In this document: piece after piece, positions 55,027-63,413 of the stretch | Layout: every line of letters starts with the position of its first letter | How positions within the stretch are numbered: the stretch's first letter is position 1 | NCBI GenBank assembly: GCA_963727055.1 | Contig: CAVSEN010000003.1 | Span: forward strand, 210,112 to 274,111 | Source: an uncultured Chloroflexia bacterium | GTDB taxonomy: Bacteria; Chloroflexota; Limnocylindria; Limnocylindrales; CSP1-4 | Length of the DNA: 64,000 nt | Direction of reading: 5' to 3' | Notes under the pieces: model-generated | Told to the model about the DNA's origin: nothing | The model's database searches: none | What the model saw: only the letters and a program-made list of their open reading frames with translations | Made by a program: the position numbers and the translations under genes

Positions 55027-56031
55027 GTGGGTTCGCCGGCCGGCGAACCGGCCGATCGCCCGGCGCCGGCGTCGCGCGCGGACGAGCTCTGTGACCAGGC
55101 CCTGGCCGGCGACCGGCGCTCGCTCGCTCGTCTCCTGACGGCCGTCGAGAATCGGACGCCGGTCGCCGAGGCCGCCCTGCGCCGGCTCTATCCGCTCGCC
55201 GGCCAGGCCCACCTCGTGGGCATGACCGGTCCGCCCGGGGCCGGCAAGAGCACCCTCGTCGCGGCCCTCGTCGGGGAGCTGCGGGCCGCCGGCCGGTCGG
55301 TAGCCGTGGTGGCCGTCGACCCGTCGAGCCCGATCACCGGCGGGGCGATCCTCGGTGACCGCGTCCGGATGCAGGCCTATGCCGGCGACCGCGACGTCTT
55401 CATCCGCTCGATGGCCGCCCGCGGCCATGCCGGCGGCCTGGCCTCGACCACCGGGGCAGCCTGCGCCGTTCTCGACGCGGTCGGCTTCGGGCTGATCCTG
55501 ATCGAGACAGTCGGCACCGGCCAGAGCGAGGTCGAGGTGGCGTCGGCCGCCGATACGACGGTCGTCCTGGAGGCGCCCGAGATGGGCGACGAGGTCCAGG
55601 CGATCAAGGCCGGCCTGCTCGAGGTGGCCGACCTGGTGGTGGTCAACAAGGGCGATCGGCCGGGGGCGGCGCGCACCGCGAGCCAGCTCCGGGCGATGCT
55701 CGGCGGCGGCCGGCGGGGGGTGCATGGGCCGCCGGTCCTGATCACGACCGCCGCCACCGGGGCGGGGGTGCCGGAGCTACTTGCGGCGATCGACCGCCGG
55801 GCGGCCGACGGCGCCCTGGCCGGCGACGGGGCGACCCGCCTCGCCCGGGCCGATGCCCAGGTTCGGGGCGCCCTGGCCGACCGGATCGGACGGTTGCTCG
55901 GCGAGCCCGGCCTCATCGCGGCCCGGGAAGATGCCGTCCGGGCGGTCGCCGCCCACGAGATCGATCCGTACAGCGCCGCCGACGGGCTCCTGGCAGTCGT
56001 GGCCGGCCGAAGGGAGGTCCGGGACCTGTGA
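55027..56031 (+). CDS. meaB: methylmalonyl-CoA mutase-associated G-protein chaperone MeaB/ArgK
   Basis: GTG at 55027. P-loop GPPGAGKST, ETVGTGQSE and NKGD motifs. Confidence 0.88.
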   Translation: MGSPAGEPADRPAPASRADELCDQALAGDRRSLARLLTAVENRTPVAEAALRRLYPLAGQAHLVGMTGPPGAGKSTLVAALVGELRAAGRSVAVVAVDPSSPITGGAILGDRVRMQAYAGDRDVFIRSMAARGHAGGLASTTGAACAVLDAVGFGLILIETVGTGQSEVEVASAADTTVVLEAPEMGDEVQAIKAGLLEVADLVVVNKGDRPGAARTASQLRAMLGGGRRGVHGPPVLITTAATGAGVPELLAAIDRRAADGALAGDGATRLARADAQVRGALADRIGRLLGEPGLIAAREDAVRAVAAHEIDPYSAADGLLAVVAGRREVRDL

Positions 56032-56921
56032 CGATCAACCGTGTCTTCGTGGCGGGGGCGGGGCTCATGGGCCATGGCATCGCCCAGGTCCATGCCGTCA
56101 TCGGCAAGCAGGTGACGCTCTACGAGCCGGATCTCGCCCGGGCCGTCGCCGGGCGAGATCGGATCGCCGGCAATCTCGAGCGGGCCGTGGCCAAGGGCCA
56201 GCTCGATGCTCCGACGCGCGACGCCGCCCTGGCTCGGGTCCGGCCGACGGACCGGCTGGCCGACGTCGCCGACGCCGATCTCGTGGTCGAGGCGGTCTTC
56301 GAGGACATCGACGTCAAGCGGGCACTCTGGTCGTCGATCGACGGCCTCGCCCGCCCGGAGGCGATCTTCGCCTCCAATACCAGCTCGATCGCGATCGCCG
56401 ACCTGGCGGCCGCGGTCTCGGCTCCCCGCCGGCCGCAATTCGTGGGGATGCACTTCTTCAGCCCGGTGCCGGTGATGCGCCTCGTCGAGCTGATCCGGAG
56501 CAATGGCACGTCGGACGCGACCGAGGCCGCGATCCGCGGCCTGGTGGGGGAGCTGGAAGTCCAGGGCCGCGAGCGGGACGGGGCCAAGCCGTGGGTGATG
56601 ATCGTCTCGGCCGACCGGCCCGGTTTCATCGTCAACCGGATCCTGATGCCGTTCCTGGCCGAGGCGATCCGGGCCCTCGAGGAGGGACTCGGCACGGCCG
56701 AGGACATCGACACCGGCGCGAAGCGGGGCCTCAACCACCCGATGGGCCCGCTCGAGCTGGCTGATTTCATCGGCCTCGACGTCTGCCTGGGGGTGATGCG
56801 CGTGCTCCATGCCGGCCTCGGCGACGAGCGCTTCGCCCCACCCCGGATGCTCGACGAGCTGGTCGCCGCCGGCCATCTCGGCCAGAAATCGGGCCGAGGG
56901 TTCTACACCTACCCACGCTGA
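56028..56921 (+). CDS. 3-hydroxyacyl-CoA (3-hydroxybutyryl-CoA) dehydrogenase
   Basis: VFVAGAGLMGHGIA Rossmann motif, NTSS, RPGFIVNRIL and NHPMGPLELADFIGLD motifs. GTGA overlap with meaB. Confidence 0.88.
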   Translation: MTINRVFVAGAGLMGHGIAQVHAVIGKQVTLYEPDLARAVAGRDRIAGNLERAVAKGQLDAPTRDAALARVRPTDRLADVADADLVVEAVFEDIDVKRALWSSIDGLARPEAIFASNTSSIAIADLAAAVSAPRRPQFVGMHFFSPVPVMRLVELIRSNGTSDATEAAIRGLVGELEVQGRERDGAKPWVMIVSADRPGFIVNRILMPFLAEAIRALEEGLGTAEDIDTGAKRGLNHPMGPLELADFIGLDVCLGVMRVLHAGLGDERFAPPRMLDELVAAGHLGQKSGRGFYTYPR

Positions 56922-57183
56922 GCGGGGAGTGCCGCGGCCTCGGCCCGCTCTCGTCCGACTACGTCAAGATTCCGTCCCCAGGCGCAGTGCGGACAGGATT
57001 GGACTCGTCGAGCGGTCATCGGTACCGATCTGGCGCGCTTCTGAGCACGAACGCAGCGACCAGCGGGGACGCCGGCGCCGAGTCTTTACCGTAAGGCGTC
57101 TGGCGGCGGAATTCCTGCGAAGTCCGGCCAGCCCGGGAACGGGTGCCTGAGCCGCCGCCGGGCCCCGGTGTAAATTCCGGGCC

Positions 57184-58428
57184 ATGACCAACGAACGAAC
57201 CGGCCGCGACGGCGGCATCTTCATCGTCAGCGCCCGGCGCACGCCGATCGGCAAGTTCGGCGGGGCGCTGAGCGGCGTGCCGGCGACCGAGCTGGGCGGG
57301 ATCGCGATCCGGGCCGCGCTCGGGGACGCGGGCCTGCCCGAGGGGACGCCGATCGACGAGGTGCTGATGGGCCAGGTGCTCCAGGCGGGCGTCGGCCAGG
57401 CGCCGGCGCGCCAGGCTGCGCTCAAGGGTGGCCTGCCCGATACGACGAGCGCGACGACGATCAACCGGGTCTGCGGATCGGGCCTCAAGGCGATCATGCT
57501 CGCCGCGGCCGGGATCCGGGCGGGGGACGCGGAGGTCGCCGTGGCCGGCGGGATGGAGAGCATGAATCGGGCGCCGTTCCTGCTCCCGAATGCCCGCTTC
57601 GGCTATCGCCTGGGGGATGGGGCGCTGGTCGACTCGACCGTCCATGACGGGCTGTGGTGTGCCTTCGAGGACTGCCACATGGGCACCCACGCCGAACGGG
57701 TCGCGATCCACGACGCCGTGTCGCGCGCGGACCAGGATGCCTTTGCGCTCCAGAGCCACGAGCGGGCGATCGCGGCGATCGACGCCGGCCGATTCGATGC
57801 CGAGCTCGCTCCGGTCACGATTCGCGACGCGAAGGGCCGCGAGACGATCGTCAATGTCGACGAGGGCCCGCGGCGCGACTCGACGCTCGAGGCACTGGCG
57901 CGGCTGAAGCCGGCCTTCCCGCTGCCGGATGGGCCCGACCGTGGCTCGGCGACGGAGGGCACGGTCACCGCCGGCAATGCGCCGGGGATCACCGACGGGG
58001 CGGCGGCCACGGTCGTCGCCAGCGAACGGGCGGTCGAGCGGCTCGGACTCGAGCCGCTGGCCAGGATCGTCGGCTACAGCCAGGCCGAGGTCGCCCCGAA
58101 GTGGCTCTTCCTGGCCCCGGTGGCCGGCGTCCGGCGCCTGCTCGAGCGGATCGAGCTGCCGATCGAGGCGTTCGACCTGGTCGAGATCAACGAGGCGTTC
58201 GCGGCCCAGACCCTGGCCGACGGCCGGGAGCTCGGCTTCGACTGGTCGAAGGTCAACGTCAACGGGGGAGCGATCGCCCTCGGCCACCCGATCGGCGCCA
58301 GCGGCGCCCGGATCGTGGCGACGCTGCTCCACGAGCTCGGCCGGCGAGGGGGCCGCTACGGCCTGGCGACGCTCTGCCTCGGTGGTGGCGGATCGGTGGC
58401 GATGGCCTTCGAGCGCGTCCAGCCATGA
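57184..58428 (+). CDS. acetyl-CoA C-acetyltransferase (thiolase II)
   Basis: Active-site NRVCGSGLKA, NEAFA, GGAIALGHPIGASG and CLGGGG motifs. Confidence 0.92.
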   Translation: MTNERTGRDGGIFIVSARRTPIGKFGGALSGVPATELGGIAIRAALGDAGLPEGTPIDEVLMGQVLQAGVGQAPARQAALKGGLPDTTSATTINRVCGSGLKAIMLAAAGIRAGDAEVAVAGGMESMNRAPFLLPNARFGYRLGDGALVDSTVHDGLWCAFEDCHMGTHAERVAIHDAVSRADQDAFALQSHERAIAAIDAGRFDAELAPVTIRDAKGRETIVNVDEGPRRDSTLEALARLKPAFPLPDGPDRGSATEGTVTAGNAPGITDGAAATVVASERAVERLGLEPLARIVGYSQAEVAPKWLFLAPVAGVRRLLERIELPIEAFDLVEINEAFAAQTLADGRELGFDWSKVNVNGGAIALGHPIGASGARIVATLLHELGRRGGRYGLATLCLGGGGSVAMAFERVQP

Positions 58429-59942
58429 CCACTGCCCAGCCGACCGCGGTGGACGCCCCGACGTTCCAGCTGCTCATCGCCGGCGAGTGGGTCGACGGCG
58501 TCAGCGGTGGGACGTTCGAGAGCCGCAACCCGGCCGACACCCGTGATCTGATCGGCCACTTCCAGGCCGGCACCGCGGCCGACGTCGCCCGGGCGATCCG
58601 GGCGGCCGAGACGGCCGGCCTTCTCTGGCGGCGAACCCCGGCACCCAAGCGGGGCGAGATCCTGTATCGCTTCGGGGCACTGCTGGCCGAGCACAAGGAA
58701 CGCCTGGCCCGGGCGATGACCCGCGAGATGGGCAAGGTCCTGGCCGAGGCTCGGGGCGATGTCCAGGAGGGCATCGACATCGCCTTCCTGATGGCCGGCG
58801 AGGGCCGCCGGCTCTTCGGCGACACGACCCCGTCCGAGCTGCCCGACAAGTGGGCGATGTCGATCCGCGAGCCGATCGGGGTGGCCGGGATCATCACTCC
58901 CTGGAACTTCCCGATGGCGATCCCGTGCTGGAAGATGATGCCCGCCCTCGTCAGCGGCAACACCGTCGTGTTCAAGCCGTCGAGCGACACGCCCCACTGC
59001 GCGACGCTGCTGGTCGAGCTGATGGCCGAGGCCGGTTTCCCGGCCGGCACCGTCAATCTCGTCACCGGTCCGGGCGCCGAGGTCGGCGACGCGATCGTGG
59101 CCAGCCCGGACGTGCCGGTCATCAGCTTCACCGGCAACACCGAGACCGGCCGACGGCTGGCGACCCAGGCCGCGACCCGCCTGAAGCGGGTCAGCCTCGA
59201 GCTCGGCGGCAAGAACGGGATCGTGGTCCTGGCCGACGCCGACCTCGACCTGGCGACCGACGGGATCCTCTGGTCGGCGTTCGGCACGACCGGCCAGCGC
59301 TGCACGGCGGCCAGTCGGGTGATCGTCGAGCGGGCGGTCGTCGACCCGCTCCTCGAGCGGCTCGAGCGCCGGGCGAAGGCGCTCCGGCTCGGCTCGGGCC
59401 TCGAGCCGACGACCGACGTGGGGCCCCTGGTCAACGCCGGAGCCCGGTCGAAGGTCAGTGGATACATCGACGTCGGCCGGCGCGACGGCGAGCTGGTCAC
59501 CGGCGGCCGGCCGCCGGGCGGCGTGGCGTTCGAGCACGGCCATTTCTTCGAGCCGACGATCTTCGCCGGCGTCGCGCCGATGGCCCGGATCGCCCAGGAG
59601 GAGATCTTCGGCCCGGTCCTGTCGGTCATCCCGGTCGACGACTACCCGGCCGCGGTCACCGCCCTCAACCAGATCCGCTACGGCCTCTCGTCGTCGATCT
59701 TCACCCGCGACGCGAACAGCGCCTTCCGGGCGATGCGCGACTTCGAGACCGGGATCGTGTACGTCAACGCCGGGACGATCGGGGCCGAGACCCATCTCCC
59801 GTTCGGGGGCACGAAAGAGACCGGCAACGGCCACCGTGAGGCGGGCCATGCCGCGCTCGACACGTACACCGAGTGGAAGTCGATCTACGTCGACTTCTCG
59901 GGCCGTCTCCAGAAGGCCCAGATCGACAACCAGCCCGACTGA
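58425..59942 (+). CDS. NAD(P)-dependent aldehyde dehydrogenase family protein
   Basis: ATGA overlap with the thiolase gene. FTGNTETG, ELGGKN, GQRCTA and EEIFGPV motifs. Confidence 0.9.
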   Translation: MTTAQPTAVDAPTFQLLIAGEWVDGVSGGTFESRNPADTRDLIGHFQAGTAADVARAIRAAETAGLLWRRTPAPKRGEILYRFGALLAEHKERLARAMTREMGKVLAEARGDVQEGIDIAFLMAGEGRRLFGDTTPSELPDKWAMSIREPIGVAGIITPWNFPMAIPCWKMMPALVSGNTVVFKPSSDTPHCATLLVELMAEAGFPAGTVNLVTGPGAEVGDAIVASPDVPVISFTGNTETGRRLATQAATRLKRVSLELGGKNGIVVLADADLDLATDGILWSAFGTTGQRCTAASRVIVERAVVDPLLERLERRAKALRLGSGLEPTTDVGPLVNAGARSKVSGYIDVGRRDGELVTGGRPPGGVAFEHGHFFEPTIFAGVAPMARIAQEEIFGPVLSVIPVDDYPAAVTALNQIRYGLSSSIFTRDANSAFRAMRDFETGIVYVNAGTIGAETHLPFGGTKETGNGHREAGHAALDTYTEWKSIYVDFSGRLQKAQIDNQPD

Positions 59943-59989
59943 TCGAGCGTCTGGGGCTGGCCGGCCGCTCGATGGGGTATCCTTCGCCC

Positions 59990-60063
59990 GGGCCGGTAGC
60001 TCAACGGCAGAGCAACTGACTCTTAATCAGTTGGTTGGGGGTTCGAATCCCCCCGGCTCACCA
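59990..60063 (+). tRNA. tRNA-Lys (anticodon CUU), CCA encoded; one nucleotide short in the T-stem/acceptor C-run
   Basis: GGGCCGGTAGCTCAACGGCAGAGCAACTGACTCTTAATCAGTTGGTTGGGGGTTCGAATCCCCCCGGCTCACCA. Anticodon loop CTCTTAA. The run has six Cs where a regular cloverleaf needs seven. Confidence 0.85.
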
Positions 60064-60376
60064 TTCCCTGCCGCACGAAACGACCCCCCCGGAGGCAACT
60101 CCGAGGGGGTTTCGTTTGGTCCCGCTGGACTGTCGGCGAGGGCCGCTGGACCTTTGGGCTGTAGTCCGGTGGGGACGGGTCCGGTAGCCTCGGGCGGTAA
60201 CCAGAATCCCGCCGACACCTCAGTTCGAGGCAAGTGCAACCAACGTCGTGCGGGAGGCGAGCCCTCACGCGACGGGGTTCCCGCGACGCGTGAGGGTCCG
60301 CCGAGTCCGGTTGCCGCGAGCCGTTCCCGCTCGTGGCGTCCGGTGCCAGCACGCGGTTGCACGGGGGGATGAAACG

Positions 60377-60625
60377 ATGACAACCAGGTTCACGTCCGCG
60401 GATCCGCTGCCGCCGATGGGCCTCGGCCGCTACGACCGGCTCGGCCGATACGCGGACGGGATGGCCTACATCGACCGCCAGGCAACCCGCGCCACGCTGA
60501 CCACTTGTGGCTTCTGCTACCGCTCGTACGAGCAGGCCCAGGTCGTCGTCGGCGCCTTCGGGCCGTCGGCCCGGATCTGCGCGTCGTGTGCGCTGGAGGC
60601 CGTGGCGGTTCTCCAGGCCAACTAG
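60377..60625 (+). CDS. small protein with a ClpX-type C4 zinc-finger-like motif
   Basis: ATG at 60377. TCGFCYRSYEQAQVVVGAFGPSARICASCALEA resembles the CxxC...CxxC ClpX N-terminal zinc-binding domain. Confidence 0.5.
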   Translation: MTTRFTSADPLPPMGLGRYDRLGRYADGMAYIDRQATRATLTTCGFCYRSYEQAQVVVGAFGPSARICASCALEAVAVLQAN

Positions 60626-61004
60626 GAGGCGCCGACTCCGCGTTTCTGTTCGGGCCGGCGTTGATTGCCCGGACAGCGATCAGCCGGCCCGGCCAGGTTG
60701 CGCACGGCGGGCATAACTGACCGAAATCGGGGGTCCACTGGTCGCTCGCGTGCGCAAGGCGCGACAGCGCGACTCGATTCGGGCGATTCCGGTCGTCCTC
60801 GTGCGTCCGGGGCCCTCAATCGACATGCCGAGCGAGCGATTCGTCCGGTACGTGCGCCTGGCGCAACCCGGATGGGCCAGGGGCGGGCAGGCAGCGGCGG
60901 GCAGGCGGGGGCGGGGCGAGCAGGCGGCGCACCACGTGCACGCGGGACCGGGCGAGCTACGCCGCGGCAGGCGGTCCGAACCAGGACGGCGGCGGGGCGA
61001 GCGG

Positions 61005-61508
61005 CTAGCCGGCTCGAGTCGACTCGCCGGCGACATCGACCATCAGTCGCCAGGCGTTGAAGACCGACGAGCCGAGGGCGACGGCCGCGGCCGGCAGGAG
61101 CAGCCACAGGCCGCCGCCGGCGCCGACTGCCAGGCTGATTCCCGCCGCGACGGCCAGCAGGCCGGCTGCGACCCCAACGCAGACGATGATCAGCGCCGCC
61201 CGATTGCCCGGGGGCAGGTGGGCGACGGCAACCGCGCTGTAGGCCGGGCTGGCCAGGGCGATCACCGCCACGATCGCGCCGACCAGGGCCGTCGGCGCCG
61301 AGGGGACCAGGAGGGCGCCCGAGATCAGGACCACGCTCATCAGGGCGAGCAGCGACGAGCCGGCAGCACCCCGGTGCCACGGATTCCGGAGGACCGCCTC
61401 GAGGTGCAGCGACACCGCCACGAAGATGAGCCCGGTCAGGCCGGCAGCAGCGCCGCCGACCATCAGGTAGAGGTCGTGCCAGGCGCCTGGCTGGTAGGCC
61501 GTGTCCAT
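61005..61508 (-). CDS. hypothetical integral membrane protein
   Basis: ATG at 61508 (MDTAYQPGAWHDLYLMVGG...). Five or six hydrophobic segments. Confidence 0.55.
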   Translation of the reverse strand: MDTAYQPGAWHDLYLMVGGAAAGLTGLIFVAVSLHLEAVLRNPWHRGAAGSSLLALMSVVLISGALLVPSAPTALVGAIVAVIALASPAYSAVAVAHLPPGNRAALIIVCVGVAAGLLAVAAGISLAVGAGGGLWLLLPAAAVALGSSVFNAWRLMVDVAGESTRAG

Positions 61509-61613
61509 CGTCACCCTCCCGATCCCGTCAGGCGATCGTAGGCACCTGGGGACCTGGGATTCTCGTGCCATCCGGCCCCTTCTGGCCCGGTCGAGTGGGT
61601 ACCGGGAGGGTGG

Positions 61614-62570
61614 CTAGGCAGCCGTCCAGAGCGTCTGCTGGCGAGCGGCCGGGGTCATGCGCAGGGTTCCCTCGGCCTCGACCCACCAGGCGGCGAGGCC
61701 CCGTCGGCGGGCCTCGTCACCGATCGACGCGGGTCCGGCCAGGAAGAGGGTCTTCGTCCAGACCTCGGCCCAGGCCGGGTCCGGGCCGGCCACCGAGACC
61801 GCGAGCAGCCCGTCACCGCCCGGCAGGCCCGTCGCCGGGTCGATCAGGTGATGCACGGCCTGGCCTCGATCGTCGTGCCAGCGGGCTCGGGCGACCGACG
61901 AGGTGCACAGCGCGCCGCGGCTCAGCTCGACCACGGCGAGCGGATCCTCACCGCCGGCAGGATCCTCGATTCCGACCCGCCACGGGCCGCCATCGGGGGA
62001 CGGCCCCCGGCCGACAATGTCCCCGCCGGCCTCGATCAGCGCCCCGCCTTCATCCAGATCGCGCTCGATCGCGCTCCACGCCCAGCGCAGGGCGAGGCCC
62101 TTGCCCAGGCCGCCCGAGTCGACCCGGCTGGCAAGGCTGATCCGGCGGCTCCGGACGTCGCGCTCGAGCCAGGTCGGAAGACGGCCGGCGATCGCACCGG
62201 GCGGATCTCCCTCGTGCCGGCGAGCGGGCCTGCCGACCAGCCCCGGATGCCCGAGCCGGACGAGATCGTCCAGGACGCGCGGATCGAATCGCCCGTTGCT
62301 CCGGCGCCAGGCGCGCTCGGCCAGCGCCAGGAATCGGTAGAGGCGCGGGCCGGCGGCCTTCCAGGCGCCCTCACCGGCGGATTGGTTCAGGCGGCTCAGG
62401 GCACTGTCGGCGCGATAGCACGAGAGCTCGGCCTCGGTCGCCCTGAACTCGGCCTGGACCTTCGACCAGATCGTGTCGGTGGAGGCGCGCACCCCGTCGG
62501 GCCCTGGAGCCAGCTGGAGTCGGAGGGGCGAGCCCATCGCCCGGCTCTCGAACCCGAGCAGCTCGGTCAC
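61614..62570 (-). CDS. apbE: FAD:protein FMN transferase (ApbE family), no signal peptide or lipobox
   Basis: FESRAMGSPLRLQL, SRLN, GGLGKGLAL, LIEAGGDI, WRVGIEDP, LCTSS and HLIDPATG motifs. GTGA overlap with the upstream gene. Confidence 0.85.
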   Translation of the reverse strand: MTELLGFESRAMGSPLRLQLAPGPDGVRASTDTIWSKVQAEFRATEAELSCYRADSALSRLNQSAGEGAWKAAGPRLYRFLALAERAWRRSNGRFDPRVLDDLVRLGHPGLVGRPARRHEGDPPGAIAGRLPTWLERDVRSRRISLASRVDSGGLGKGLALRWAWSAIERDLDEGGALIEAGGDIVGRGPSPDGGPWRVGIEDPAGGEDPLAVVELSRGALCTSSVARARWHDDRGQAVHHLIDPATGLPGGDGLLAVSVAGPDPAWAEVWTKTLFLAGPASIGDEARRRGLAAWWVEAEGTLRMTPAARQQTLWTAA

Positions 62571-62968
62571 GGTTTGGCGCCCGACGCCCCCGTGGTCGTG
62601 TGGACGACCGGGGCGGCGGCGGTCGTCCGCCCGATCGTCGGCATGGCCGGCAGGGCGCTGAGGGCGCCGGCCGCCTTGCCCAGGCCGCTCAACTTCTGCT
62701 CCAGGGCGGTGATCGCGGCGCCGGCCTGAGCGTAGGTCGCCGCCCCTGCCTGGAGCTTCGAGGTCGCCTGCTGGACCTGCGCGGCGATCGCGGCGTCGTG
62801 CGCGCGGAGCTGGTCGAGGGCCGCCTGGGTCGGTTCCTGCGGCCCCGCGGCCAAGGCAGCGCTCGAGGCCTGCATCGTCGTGACTGCGGCCAGGTTGACG
62901 GCGTAGATCGCGGCGCTCAGGCCGACCATCGAGACGATGTGGAGCGGCCGGCGGCCCTCAGTCGCCAT
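62567..62968 (-). CDS. membrane-anchored Ala/Gln-rich coiled-coil protein ending in VVHTTTGASGAKP
   Basis: ATG at 62968. N-terminal TM segment (LHIVSMVGLSAAIYAVNLAAV). Paralogous in composition and C-terminal motif to 62958..63413. Confidence 0.55.
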   Translation of the reverse strand: MATEGRRPLHIVSMVGLSAAIYAVNLAAVTTMQASSAALAAGPQEPTQAALDQLRAHDAAIAAQVQQATSKLQAGAATYAQAGAAITALEQKLSGLGKAAGALSALPAMPTIGRTTAAAPVVHTTTGASGAKP

Positions 62969-63413
62969 CGTCGCCGCCACCGCCGGTTCCGCCCGAGGCG
63001 CCGGTCGTCGAGTGGGTGGGCGGCGGCGTCGCCGCCGGCTTGTGAGCGGCCGCCTTGGCGGCGGCCGCGGCCGCGGCCTTGAGCGCAGCGAGCTGCTTCT
63101 GCTCGGCGGCCAGCTGCGTCCGCAGGGCGGCGGCCTTCTGGACATCGCTGGCGACCCGGTCACCGGCCGCGGTGAGGGCGGTGTTGAACTGGGCGGCCTG
63201 GGCGAGTAGTGCGTCGACTTGGGCCTGGAGCGCGGCCGAGCGGGCCTGCTCGGAGGCGAGCTGATCGTGGAGCTGGGCGGCGGTCAGCGCCGGGTCGCTG
63301 CTCGGCACGGTCGTCTGGACCCAGGCAGCGGCCGTTTGGACCGCGGCGGCGCCCAGGACCAGGCTCGCGCCCGTGGCGGTGACGACCAGACTGCGTCGAA
63401 CCTGGAGCTTCAT
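62958..63413 (-). CDS. secreted (RR-containing signal) Ala/Gln-rich coiled-coil protein ending in PTHSTTGASGGTGGGGDDGD
   Basis: ATGA overlap with the upstream gene. N-terminal MKLQVRRSLVVTATGASLVLGAAAVQTAAA. Heptad-like ALQAQVDALLAQAAQ. Confidence 0.55.
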   Translation of the reverse strand: MKLQVRRSLVVTATGASLVLGAAAVQTAAAWVQTTVPSSDPALTAAQLHDQLASEQARSAALQAQVDALLAQAAQFNTALTAAGDRVASDVQKAAALRTQLAAEQKQLAALKAAAAAAAKAAAHKPAATPPPTHSTTGASGGTGGGGDDGD

